Of a stretch of DNA of 35,588 nucleotides, positions 17,579 to 25,742 are shown in pieces. The position numbers and the translations under genes were made by a program. The notes beneath the pieces are model-generated. The model saw only the letters and a program-made list of their open reading frames with translations, was not told the origin of the DNA and ran no database searches. The stretch covers positions 1 through 35,588 of IMG/VR virus record IMGVR_UViG_3300045933_000106, one strand, 5' to 3'. Positions within the stretch are counted from its first letter, which is position 1. Every line of letters begins with the position of its first letter. The stretch is from a virus.

Positions 17579-18281
17579 CCGTCACCCTCGCGCGCCGCTG
17601 CTCCACGAGCCGCCGCGCGTCGTTCGTCGGCAGTTCCACCACGTCACCTGGCGCGAGCGGCTGCCCGCGCACCTTCGTCGCGACCTTGATCTGCACCACG
17701 GTCCCGCCGGCCGCCTTGAGCAGCGTCGCCCGCTCCGGCTCGACGTAGGACGGGAAGAGTTCCGCCGGGTCGTACGGCGGCACGAGCTCGGCGAGCGGCC
17801 CGCCCAGGCTGCGCACCGTCGCCGGCACGGCATCGAAACAGCGACGCCACGATCGCAGTTGCGATTCGACCGTCCGCCTTGGCCCAACGGCCGGCGCGGG
17901 CGCGCCGTCCCAGTAACGGCCACTCCGGTACAGGTCCATCCCGCACAGCAGGATCGGATAGCCACCCATGAGCCACGCGGCCCAGACGGCATGCTGCGAG
18001 GAGAACCCGAGCAGCGGCTGATCCATGACCCGGTACGTCGCCCACGGCAGCGGGCCCACGATCGGCACGCCCGTCGCCTCGAGCCGCGTGCGATGCTCCG
18101 GCGGCTTGCTGTCGATCGCGACGATGTAGTCGCAGCGTGCCAGCGCGCAGGCGTGGTGATTCACGGAGATCAGCACGCAGCCGGCCGGCAGCCGGCCGAA
18201 TTGCTCCGGCAGGCTGGGACCGGCGCCGAGGATCGCCACCGGACGGCCGGCGTGCGCCAGCACGAGGTCGCGGAAGTTCAC
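17565..18281 (-). CDS. DUF115 / MptE-like (Maf or GT42 sialyltransferase-like) Rossmann protein with a C-terminal small domain
   Basis: GTG start at 18281 overlaps the upstream TGA (GTGA). VAILGAGPSLPEQFGRLPAGCVLISVNHHACALARCDYIVAIDS and SSQHAVWAAWLMGGYPILLCGMDLY mirror the GNGPSL / D..v..D / GY.eIyL.GiD pattern of Cst-II and Maf-type enzymes. Confidence 0.45.
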   Translation of the reverse strand: MNFRDLVLAHAGRPVAILGAGPSLPEQFGRLPAGCVLISVNHHACALARCDYIVAIDSKPPEHRTRLEATGVPIVGPLPWATYRVMDQPLLGFSSQHAVWAAWLMGGYPILLCGMDLYRSGRYWDGAPAPAVGPRRTVESQLRSWRRCFDAVPATVRSLGGPLAELVPPYDPAELFPSYVEPERATLLKAAGGTVVQIKVATKVRGQPLAPGDVVELPTNDARRLVEQRRARVTDVLR

Positions 18282-18556
18282 CGCTTCGGAGGACGGCCTG
18301 GTTTGCGTGGCTCGATCACATGCCTCACCGGAGCCGGGGCGGGAGGTCTTTCCTCCGCCCGCGCCGGCTTGCCGCCCACCAGTTCCGCAGCACTTTCCGT
18401 CGTCATGGGACCGGAGTCCGGCGGCTCCTCCTCCACCGGCTCCAGCTTGCCGATCCACGCGAGCTCCCGGGCCGCTCGGTCCGGGAGCTCAATCGTGGTG
18501 CCGACTTCCTGGCGTTCCCCGCCGACGAGGAACGCCCGCAGCACTCGCGCTTTCAT
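18278..18556 (-). CDS. Small protein following the capsid gene (93 aa)
   Basis: ATG at 18556, 5 nt after the capsid stop. MKARVLRAFLVGGERQEVGTTIELPDRAARELAWIGKLEPV, then a Pro/Glu-rich tail. Confidence 0.55.
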   Translation of the reverse strand: MKARVLRAFLVGGERQEVGTTIELPDRAARELAWIGKLEPVEEEPPDSGPMTTESAAELVGGKPARAEERPPAPAPVRHVIEPRKPGRPPKR

Positions 18557-18561
18557 GGGCG

Positions 18562-20409
18562 TCAGGTGATCGTCGAACCGTAGGAGAAGGCCGCCGGATA
18601 GCGCAGCCCGACGTCGCAGGTGTACCAGCCGCGCACAGCCGTCAGTCCGCGGGTGAAGTCCGAGAACGGATTCGTCATCAGCTCGAGGACGCCCCATTCG
18701 GCCAGGATCACCGACGGCCACCAGCCGAAGAGCATCGTGGCCGTTGCCATCTGGTTGCTCGACATCGCCGGGAAGTTGAACAGCGACCCATCGAGCAGAT
18801 TGCCCTTCCACAGGCGCTCCGTTCCGGTCGACGGCAGCTCCGGACGAGCCGCGAGCAGCGCGGCCACGGCCGGCGTCGTCACGTAACCACAGCCCGGCAT
18901 GAGCGCGTTTGCCGCGGCCACGTCGCTCTGGAACTCCAGGATTCCAGCAGCGGCGAGCGAGGTGCCCGTCACGGAGCCGACGCCCACGGTGCCGACGATG
19001 CCCTGCGGCTGACCATCGGCATTCGTGCCACGCAGGATGCCGACGTCGACCGCCAACGCGATGTCACGCGCGATGGAGGTGAGCACCAGCGTCTCAGCAT
19101 CAGGCGTCGACTGCTGCATAAGCTGGTGCGAAAGCTCCGTGAGCGCGGCCACGTTCTTCGGCGCCAGGGCGAGCTGCCCGATCGTCGGCTGGCTCTCGGT
19201 GATCTGCGTCGCCTCGTCCGCCAGCCAGTAGGCCGTATTCCCGGCCGTCATCTTCGGGATCGTGACGTTGCCCTTGAGGCCCGACAGCCGCGTCGCCCCC
19301 ATGCGCAGCGCGACCGAGGTATTGCGCAGCAGCTCGATGAAGTTGCTCGCCAGGTTGTCGGTGCCGACGAGGTACTGCGATCCGGACACGCCCGCGACCG
19401 TCATGTCGCGCTTCTGGTGCTGCGGAACCTCGCGCAGCAGCACGTCGAGCGGCACGAAGAAAGCCGTCTCGGCACGCGGGATCTGGTTGAGGCGCGCCGC
19501 GATCGCCTTGTTGCACTCGAGCTCGAGGCCGGCGTCCTTCCAGTTCTTGTTGGTGGCCGCGCGCAGTGCCCGCATGAGCGAGTAGCGGCGCGTCTCGGCC
19601 CGCGACAGGTCGAGCATCGCTGGGCTCTCCGGATTCGTCCGGCCACGCTCCTCGAGGATCGCGATCAAATCGTCGGCGACCTTGTCGAGATCGGCGCCGC
19701 TGTCGATCCAGGTGCGCTCGTACCGGTCGTCCAGCCGGTTCGCCCTGCAGATCTTGGCGATCGCCGTCTTACGGGTCTTCTCGAACTCCACCGGATTGCT
19801 CATCCGGGTCTCGACTTCGGCGCTTGCGCCCGCCGGGGCGTTGACCTGGTCGGTCATGGCTGTGCTCCTGTCGGCGGTTTGCGCCGGGTTGATGGAACGA
19901 ACGGAAACTTCGAAGTCCTGAACACTGGAACGGCCGATGCCGACCGACGGGTCCGCGGGCACCGTGACGATTGACGCCTCATACGGCTCCCAGTCGGTAA
20001 CGCGGAATTCGCCGCTCTTGCGGTCCTCCTCCGCGTCATGGATCCGATAGCCGACCGAAACATTGCGCAGTCCGCCGGCGAGCATTGCCGCCACTTCGCC
20101 CGCGCGGCCCGTGTCGAACAAGTGAGCATCGACGAGCAGGCGCCCGTCTTCGAGCCGGCCAGCGTCGACCATGCCGATCGGGTCGTCCCAGTTGTGGTTG
20201 AAGAGCAGCGGCATCGCCTGACGGGATAGACGGCCCATGCGGACCGCACCGTCCTCGTGCGACAGGATCTCGGTGCCGAAGAACCGCTCCACCGGCTCGC
20301 TGGAGGAGAGCGCAAAGCTCAGCCGCTGCGCCTCGCCCTCCTTGCGCGTTTCGAGCGCGCACAGTTCAGCCTCCCGCAACTGCAGCGGGATCGATCGCTT
20401 TTCCGTCAT
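18562..20409 (-). CDS. Prohead protease - major capsid protein fusion (HK97 type)
   Basis: The N-terminal ~170 aa look like an S78-type prohead protease (LLFNHNWDDPIGMV..., ASIVTVPADP). The C-terminal ~400 aa look like an HK97-fold capsid protein (...GNVTIPKMT..., ...LRGTNADGQPQGI..., ...MTNPFS...). AGGAG SD. Confidence 0.85.
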   Translation of the reverse strand: MTEKRSIPLQLREAELCALETRKEGEAQRLSFALSSSEPVERFFGTEILSHEDGAVRMGRLSRQAMPLLFNHNWDDPIGMVDAGRLEDGRLLVDAHLFDTGRAGEVAAMLAGGLRNVSVGYRIHDAEEDRKSGEFRVTDWEPYEASIVTVPADPSVGIGRSSVQDFEVSVRSINPAQTADRSTAMTDQVNAPAGASAEVETRMSNPVEFEKTRKTAIAKICRANRLDDRYERTWIDSGADLDKVADDLIAILEERGRTNPESPAMLDLSRAETRRYSLMRALRAATNKNWKDAGLELECNKAIAARLNQIPRAETAFFVPLDVLLREVPQHQKRDMTVAGVSGSQYLVGTDNLASNFIELLRNTSVALRMGATRLSGLKGNVTIPKMTAGNTAYWLADEATQITESQPTIGQLALAPKNVAALTELSHQLMQQSTPDAETLVLTSIARDIALAVDVGILRGTNADGQPQGIVGTVGVGSVTGTSLAAAGILEFQSDVAAANALMPGCGYVTTPAVAALLAARPELPSTGTERLWKGNLLDGSLFNFPAMSSNQMATATMLFGWWPSVILAEWGVLELMTNPFSDFTRGLTAVRGWYTCDVGLRYPAAFSYGSTIT

Positions 20410-20412
20410 CGG

Positions 20413-21987
20413 TTATCTCCTCAACGCGACGATGAGCGCCGCATCCGGCTCGGACGCGGTCTCGTCCGACTCCGGTGCTGGCGTCGGTGCCGGTTCTGGA
20501 ACGGGTTCTGGCTTGACGTAGTTCTCGGGCGAGGTGTCGAAGCTCAGGTCGGCCGCCTCCATCTCGTCGAGCTCGCGGCGGCGCTGCTTGAGCACTTCGT
20601 CGAGATCGCGGCCGCCACCCGTCTCGGCGATCACATCCGCAACCGTCGTGAACCCGGCCATGACCGCCTGCTTGTAGGCTTCGACTTCCTTGGTCGGATC
20701 GACCCACTGCCAGCCGCGCGGCTTGAACGAGACGGCCTCGAACTTGGCAGGCGCGGCGGCATACTCGGCGAACGGCAATCCCGCAACAGCCCGCGCAGCC
20801 GTGGCCTGCTGCAGCCACACCCGATGCAGCGGCTCTCGGAAACTGCGAACGAACCACTGCTGCACGGCGCGCCAGGTGTCGCGATCCTCGAGCAGCGCGA
20901 GGCGCGAGCTCGAGTAGTTCGACTGCGAGTAGTCCCGCGACAGGCTCTCGTAGGAGGTGCCGACGCCGGCGGCCATCTCGCGCAGCATGTAGCGCAGGAA
21001 CGGATCGAGCGCGGTGTTCGGCCGGTTCGGGTTGACGAAGTTGAGCTTCTCGCCGGGCTTGAGCTTTTCCAGGATTCCCGGCTCGAGCGGCAGTTGGAAA
21101 TTCCCGTCCGACTGCTCCTCGCCGAGCGCGCCCATCTCGTCGGGCGTCTCGATCGTCCCGAAGTACATGGACGCCGCACGGGCCGCCACGATTTCCGCCT
21201 CGGTGTAGCCGTCGATGTCGGCGAGCTTGCGGATGACACAGTGCATCCACGGCTCACCGCGCACTTGCGGCCAGCGATCGATGATGCGCAGGTGGATGAT
21301 CTGGTCGGCCGGCACGCGCTCAACCCGATCGACCTGGTGCAGGTCGAAGCGCACCTCGCCGGGATGCAGGCGACGGATCCAGTACGCGACCGGCCGGTAG
21401 AAGTCGTCGACCTCGACGCCCTGGACCACCTTCGCGCCTCGCGCGATCGGGCCCGGCTCGACGTAGTTATCCGCAATCCGCTCCGGCTCGATGAGCTCGA
21501 GCGACAGCGGCACCGCCGAATCGCCCGTCGCAAAATAGTGCAGCCGGATCAGCACTTCGCCCGCGTCGAACACCTGGCCCATCGCGAGCCGTTCGAAGTC
21601 CGCGAAATGCAGTTGTCCCGCGATGTGGCAGCGATCCGCACGGCACCAGTCCCACCAGGCCTTCTCGATGGCGTCGTTCACCGTGGCGCGCAACGTGTCG
21701 CGCGTGTTGCGGACCTCGGCCTGCATGCCGATGCCGGTGCCGATGACGTTGTTCACGATGATCCGCTTCGCTCGTTTGGCGTAGGACGAGTCCCGGATCA
21801 GTTGCCGCGATCGGTCCCGCAGCGGGCGCAAGCTCGAGTGCAGCTCGGCATTCGCGCTGCTGTTCGAGCTCGTGAAATAGTTCCCCGTGAGCCGCGACGC
21901 CTTCGCGGCCTGGTACATGCGCACCCCGCTGCGCTTCGCCGCCGGTGCGACCCAGCGCGCGATCCTGCTGCGGAACTGCTCAAACAC
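20413..21987 (-). CDS. Portal protein, lambda (gpB) family
   Basis: YQAAKASRLTGNYFTSSNSSANAELHSSLRPLRDRSRQLIRDSSYAKRAKRIIVNNVIGTGI is the lambda-family portal N-terminal signature. Position is after TerL and gpW. Confidence 0.85.
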   Translation of the reverse strand: MFEQFRSRIARWVAPAAKRSGVRMYQAAKASRLTGNYFTSSNSSANAELHSSLRPLRDRSRQLIRDSSYAKRAKRIIVNNVIGTGIGMQAEVRNTRDTLRATVNDAIEKAWWDWCRADRCHIAGQLHFADFERLAMGQVFDAGEVLIRLHYFATGDSAVPLSLELIEPERIADNYVEPGPIARGAKVVQGVEVDDFYRPVAYWIRRLHPGEVRFDLHQVDRVERVPADQIIHLRIIDRWPQVRGEPWMHCVIRKLADIDGYTEAEIVAARAASMYFGTIETPDEMGALGEEQSDGNFQLPLEPGILEKLKPGEKLNFVNPNRPNTALDPFLRYMLREMAAGVGTSYESLSRDYSQSNYSSSRLALLEDRDTWRAVQQWFVRSFREPLHRVWLQQATAARAVAGLPFAEYAAAPAKFEAVSFKPRGWQWVDPTKEVEAYKQAVMAGFTTVADVIAETGGGRDLDEVLKQRRRELDEMEAADLSFDTSPENYVKPEPVPEPAPTPAPESDETASEPDAALIVALRR

Positions 21988-22516
21988 GGTTCAGCCTCGC
22001 GTACAAATGCCGCGATCCGCCGAGCTCTGCGGCGACCTCCATCTTCCACTTGTCCCGCTCGGCGAGGAGGTCCGCCCGTGACCATCGCGAGAGCGAGCGG
22101 CCACCCACCTGATAGCTTGCCGCCGTGAGATTCGTCGGATCGGTCAGATAGGCTTCGATCATTTCGAGTGCGATGCGGGCGGTCGATCGATAGTCGACAT
22201 TACCGACGGCGGCCGGGTCCGCGACTACCGTCGACCACCCTTTCTCAACCGTCCTGCGCACACTGTCCGCGATGCGCGTCAGGCTGAGCCACCAGCGGTA
22301 GGATCCCGGCAACAGACCGTCGATCGTGGTCGCGTCAATGCTCGCGATGTGCGTGTCGTCGCTGGCAGTTCCTTCCACCGAGAAGCCGAAGGTCGCATTC
22401 TCGAAGTGCCACTCGCTCGTCCATTCGGAGGCCGGATAGTCGGCAAGCGTGCGGGTCCATTCCCACGTATCGCCCCCGATCAGTTCGCCCGGGACTTGTG
22501 ACGGCGTGCTCGGCAC
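21980..22516 (-). CDS. gpW-like head-tail joining protein with an N-terminal extension (178 aa)
   Basis: GTG at 22516 preceded by GGAGGT. Sits between TerL and the portal like lambda W. C-terminal YQVGGRSLSRWSRADLLAERDKWKMEV resembles the gpW core. Confidence 0.5.
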   Translation of the reverse strand: MPSTPSQVPGELIGGDTWEWTRTLADYPASEWTSEWHFENATFGFSVEGTASDDTHIASIDATTIDGLLPGSYRWWLSLTRIADSVRRTVEKGWSTVVADPAAVGNVDYRSTARIALEMIEAYLTDPTNLTAASYQVGGRSLSRWSRADLLAERDKWKMEVAAELGGSRHLYARLNRV

Positions 22517-22517
22517 G

Positions 22518-24458
22518 TTACCTCCAACTGTTGACCCAGCCATTCGGCCGGCGCTGCATCGACCGACGAGCGGTCGCCTGTTTAGGCGGCACATCGGCCA
22601 CCCGTTCCGGTGGCGGTTCAGTGTCCGCAACCGGCATCACATGCGCCGCTCGCCGGCCGAGCAGTGCTGCGCCACCACGCGCAATCATCGCGGCGTAGGC
22701 ATACACGGTGCAGTCGAGCGCTTCCTGTCGAATGCCGAGGGAGCGCGGCCGGTACATCCGCACTCGCCGGCCCTGGCTCTGCTTCGTGACCACCGTCTCG
22801 GAGGTCAACTGCTCGAGCCAGGCGTCGTCCGTCTCGGCATCGAAATGCACGTAGCCCGGGCCCGGCGAGATGACCTTCTTCAGCCGGCCATAGATCACGT
22901 CCTTGATCGTGTCGACGCCGATCAGCCATACGTCGACCGAGCGCGCCTTCGCCCGACCGGGACGGCGCGGCCACACGAGCCGCCCGGGCCCGCCCGCACC
23001 TTTGATCGCGAATACGCGCTGTCGCTTGCGACGTGCGCAGTAGGCATAGACGGACTCGGTGAAATGACCTCCGGAGTCCACGCAGACCGCTTCGACTGTC
23101 AGTTGCCGGCCATCGTCGGTCGAAAACCGCGCCCGCAACAGCTCGTCATGCTCAGCCCACAGCGCCGATTGGCCGGGATCACCACGCAGGACGTGATGTC
23201 CGAGACGCCACGCCTCCTCCTCCGCGCCCCAGCCCCAGAACGTGCATTCGAGCCGATCGTCCTGGACGTCCGTCCCGAGCGTCACCAGGCGCACGCCCGC
23301 CGGCACGTTCTCGGCCGTGTATGGCTCGCGCCGGGACATCAGGCCGACCGCTTCGACCGTCTCGCCCGAGTCTTCCCACGTTTCGCCCAGGGACGTGTTG
23401 ATCCACGTCTGCAGCGTCTCAGGCAGGCGCTTGGCCCGCAGGAACGACACGGCCATTTCGCCCCATGTCGACCAGGGCGAGTACAGCTCTGAGATGTGAA
23501 ACCCGGCCACCCCGTCAAACGACTTGCAGCCGCGCCACTCCCCGCCCGCCAGCATCCCGGGCTTGTCGGCCTCGGTGAGCTCGACGCCGCAGTGCTGGCA
23601 GACGTATGCCGCCTCCTGAGGTCGGCCGTCCGGCCAGCGCACGTTTGCCCAGATGAGGCGCTGGAACTCGCCGCAGTGCGTGCACGGCACGAAGTAATAG
23701 CGCTGGTCGGACTGCTCGAAGCCGATCTCGATGCGGGAACTGCCTTTCACGGTCGGCGTGCTCCCGGCGAGGATCTTCCGGTTCCAGAACGTGCGGGCGC
23801 GCTTCACGCCGAGCGAAATCGGATCACCCTCCGTCCCGGCGCTCGCCGGGAATCGGTCGACCTCGTCGAACATCACGACCCGAATCGGCCGGCTTGCCAG
23901 TCCCGCCGGCGAGTTCGCACCCGCGATCGTCAGACGCCCGCCCGTGAAGCTCTTGTGCAGCAGCGTATTGCCACTGTCCCGCGCCTTCGCATCGGCAATC
24001 TTGCCCGTGATCGCCGGCGTGTCCCGGATCATCGGCGCCAGCCGATCCTTCGACCAGGCTTCCGCAAGCTCGAGCGTCGGCTGCACGAGCAGCATCGGCG
24101 CCGGGTCTTGATCCACATGGAACCCGACGACGTTGTTCAGTATCTCCGTCCAGCCGATCTGCGCTGATTTCTGGACCCAGACCTCCTTGACGGCCGGGTC
24201 GGAGATCGCGTCCATCATGCCCCGCTGATAGGGGGCGCGATCAGTTCGCCACTGGCCGGGCTCTGCGCTGCTTTCCGTTGACAGCCGCCGCTCGCGGTCG
24301 GCCCACTCGCTTACCGTGAGGATCGGCGGAGGCGTCCGGCTTGACCGCGTCGCCGCCCACCACTTCCGGAGATTCGACCGGCTCGAAATCGACGAACTCG
24401 GCGAGCGCGGCGATGACCTCCGCGCGGATCGCTGCGGCAATGACGTTTGCGTCCGCAA
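22518..24458 (-). CDS. terL: Terminase large subunit, GpA family
   Basis: TVSEWADRERRLSTESSAEPGQWRTDRAPYQRGMMDAISDP...VQKSAQIGWTEILNNVVG parallels lambda gpA (AVEWAD...GRW....PFQR.IM.A......V.KSARVGYS). The start is uncertain: ATG 24458 or TTG 24440. Confidence 0.85.
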   Translation of the reverse strand: MRTQTSLPQRSARRSSPRSPSSSISSRSNLRKWWAATRSSRTPPPILTVSEWADRERRLSTESSAEPGQWRTDRAPYQRGMMDAISDPAVKEVWVQKSAQIGWTEILNNVVGFHVDQDPAPMLLVQPTLELAEAWSKDRLAPMIRDTPAITGKIADAKARDSGNTLLHKSFTGGRLTIAGANSPAGLASRPIRVVMFDEVDRFPASAGTEGDPISLGVKRARTFWNRKILAGSTPTVKGSSRIEIGFEQSDQRYYFVPCTHCGEFQRLIWANVRWPDGRPQEAAYVCQHCGVELTEADKPGMLAGGEWRGCKSFDGVAGFHISELYSPWSTWGEMAVSFLRAKRLPETLQTWINTSLGETWEDSGETVEAVGLMSRREPYTAENVPAGVRLVTLGTDVQDDRLECTFWGWGAEEEAWRLGHHVLRGDPGQSALWAEHDELLRARFSTDDGRQLTVEAVCVDSGGHFTESVYAYCARRKRQRVFAIKGAGGPGRLVWPRRPGRAKARSVDVWLIGVDTIKDVIYGRLKKVISPGPGYVHFDAETDDAWLEQLTSETVVTKQSQGRRVRMYRPRSLGIRQEALDCTVYAYAAMIARGGAALLGRRAAHVMPVADTEPPPERVADVPPKQATARRSMQRRPNGWVNSWR

Positions 24459-24819
24459 TGTTCACCAGCCGTGGACTCAATTTGGTCCCAATGCCGAGAA
24501 ATTTCGCCCGAGCGGCCACCTGGCACTCGGCCCAAAAGCGCACGACGTCGGCCCGTGGCGCCAGCTCCCCACGGCGCACGGCATTATCGTGCTCGACCTT
24601 CTCGGCCTGCGCCGCCGCCAGCCGCTGACGCTGATCGTCGTACTCCATGCCATCGCCAGGCGATAGGTACAGAGCGGATAACGCAATCTCGGAGTCGTAG
24701 AGATCCGCGCGGCCTTGACGTCGACGTGGACGGATGGAAGCGGCCTCGAGCAACGCCTTGACCGTTCGCCACGTCTTACCAGTCAGCTCTGCCAGTTCGG
24801 AGCCGGAAATTTCGCGCAT
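24241..24819 (-). CDS. terS: Terminase small subunit (Nu1-like HTH)
   Basis: MREISGSELAELTGKTWRTVKALLEAASIRP resembles the Nu1 N-terminal winged HTH. Immediately upstream of terL. Basic C-terminal tail. Confidence 0.7.
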   Translation of the reverse strand: MREISGSELAELTGKTWRTVKALLEAASIRPRRRQGRADLYDSEIALSALYLSPGDGMEYDDQRQRLAAAQAEKVEHDNAVRRGELAPRADVVRFWAECQVAARAKFLGIGTKLSPRLVNIADANVIAAAIRAEVIAALAEFVDFEPVESPEVVGGDAVKPDASADPHGKRVGRPRAAAVNGKQRRARPVAN

Positions 24820-24909
24820 CCTGTTGCTGCCATAGAGCCCTGTGGCTGGAAAAACGGCACGGACCGAATAACCCTCAGGGCCCATCCCGGTCCAAGGACC
24901 CGTGACACC

Positions 24910-25644
24910 TCATACATCCCGTCCGAGTCGCATGTTCGCCGCGAGCCGCCACCGATCGACGTACTCACGCAGGTACGCTTGTGCAGCGATGCGCTTGAAG
25001 TCGAATCGCCGCTCGTAACGTGGCGTCCTCGAGCTGAACACGAGCACTGGCTGTAGCAATCCAGGCGCCACCCTCTGGTAGACGCCCGGATGCAGTCCAC
25101 TGCCAGCCTTGGCGGCGAAGTAGCCGACCCGCTTGCGTGCCTTGCCCCTGCGCTTGCTGCGGGTCGTCACGTTCTGCGTCGGGTCAGGCGAGGCGCGCAG
25201 CTGCGAGAGTATTCGCGTGATCGTGCCGGCCGGGATATTGCCCGCGGCATTGAGCTTGAACGATCGGGCCGGATACGCGTACTCGCTGTCCGTCAACGCA
25301 CCGACTGCCCGCAATGCACGCTCGAATCGCTTGGCTCGACGTGGCCCGCCATATACCTCCGGGCCCAGGTACTTGACTGGAGGTGTTCCCTTGGTGGCCT
25401 CGTCCCTCAGGAACACATCCCGCTGGAATGGCCCCCGCTTACTCGCATATCGGGTCAGCATCACTGCCCGTTGCGTGAACGGAACAGGCGCGTGGAATGT
25501 TCGCTGGACCTCTGCCGTCAGGACGTCACGGACGTACTCGGCAGTCCGGTTAACCGCTTGGGCCGTTATCGCCGGTAGGTGTTCCCGCTCGATCCGCTTG
25601 AACTTGCGTTCGAGGTCTTTCGTGTCGAAGTCGATCCGGACCAC
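24910..25644 (-). CDS. Hypothetical late protein (244 aa), weak HK97-gp10-like N-terminus
   Basis: KDLERKFKRIEREHLPAITAQAVNRTAEYVRDVLTAEVQRTF recalls the gp10-family N-terminus. Its position upstream of terS is unusual. Confidence 0.3.
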   Translation of the reverse strand: MVRIDFDTKDLERKFKRIEREHLPAITAQAVNRTAEYVRDVLTAEVQRTFHAPVPFTQRAVMLTRYASKRGPFQRDVFLRDEATKGTPPVKYLGPEVYGGPRRAKRFERALRAVGALTDSEYAYPARSFKLNAAGNIPAGTITRILSQLRASPDPTQNVTTRSKRRGKARKRVGYFAAKAGSGLHPGVYQRVAPGLLQPVLVFSSRTPRYERRFDFKRIAAQAYLREYVDRWRLAANMRLGRDV

Positions 25645-25742
25645 TGACTCGCGACCTCAGGCGAAGAGACGGCCCCGAGCACCGGCTGTGCGACATGGGA
25701 GACAAGGGGATGACAGCCGGGTCGGGGCCGGGCTTTTGCAAT

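Noticed and set aside
18282-18458. A longer form of the DUF115-like gene starting at ATG 18458.
   Set aside because: The extension (MDRQAGAGGGGAAGL...) is Gly/Ala noise overlapping the 93-aa gene. The GTG at 18281 forms a GTGA overlap with that gene's stop and starts just before the GxGPSL motif.
24820-24885. A longer TerS starting at ATG 24885.
   Set aside because: The extra 22 codons have poor third-position GC. Nu1-type proteins also begin directly with the HTH segment, which here starts at MREISGSELAELTG (ATG 24819).
25700-25742. Intrinsic terminator between the lipoprotein gene and the 244-aa gene (GC stem next to TTTT).
   Set aside because: The T-run follows the imperfect stem only on the plus strand, where nothing is transcribed. 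On the coding minus strand the stem has a bulge and no U-tract.
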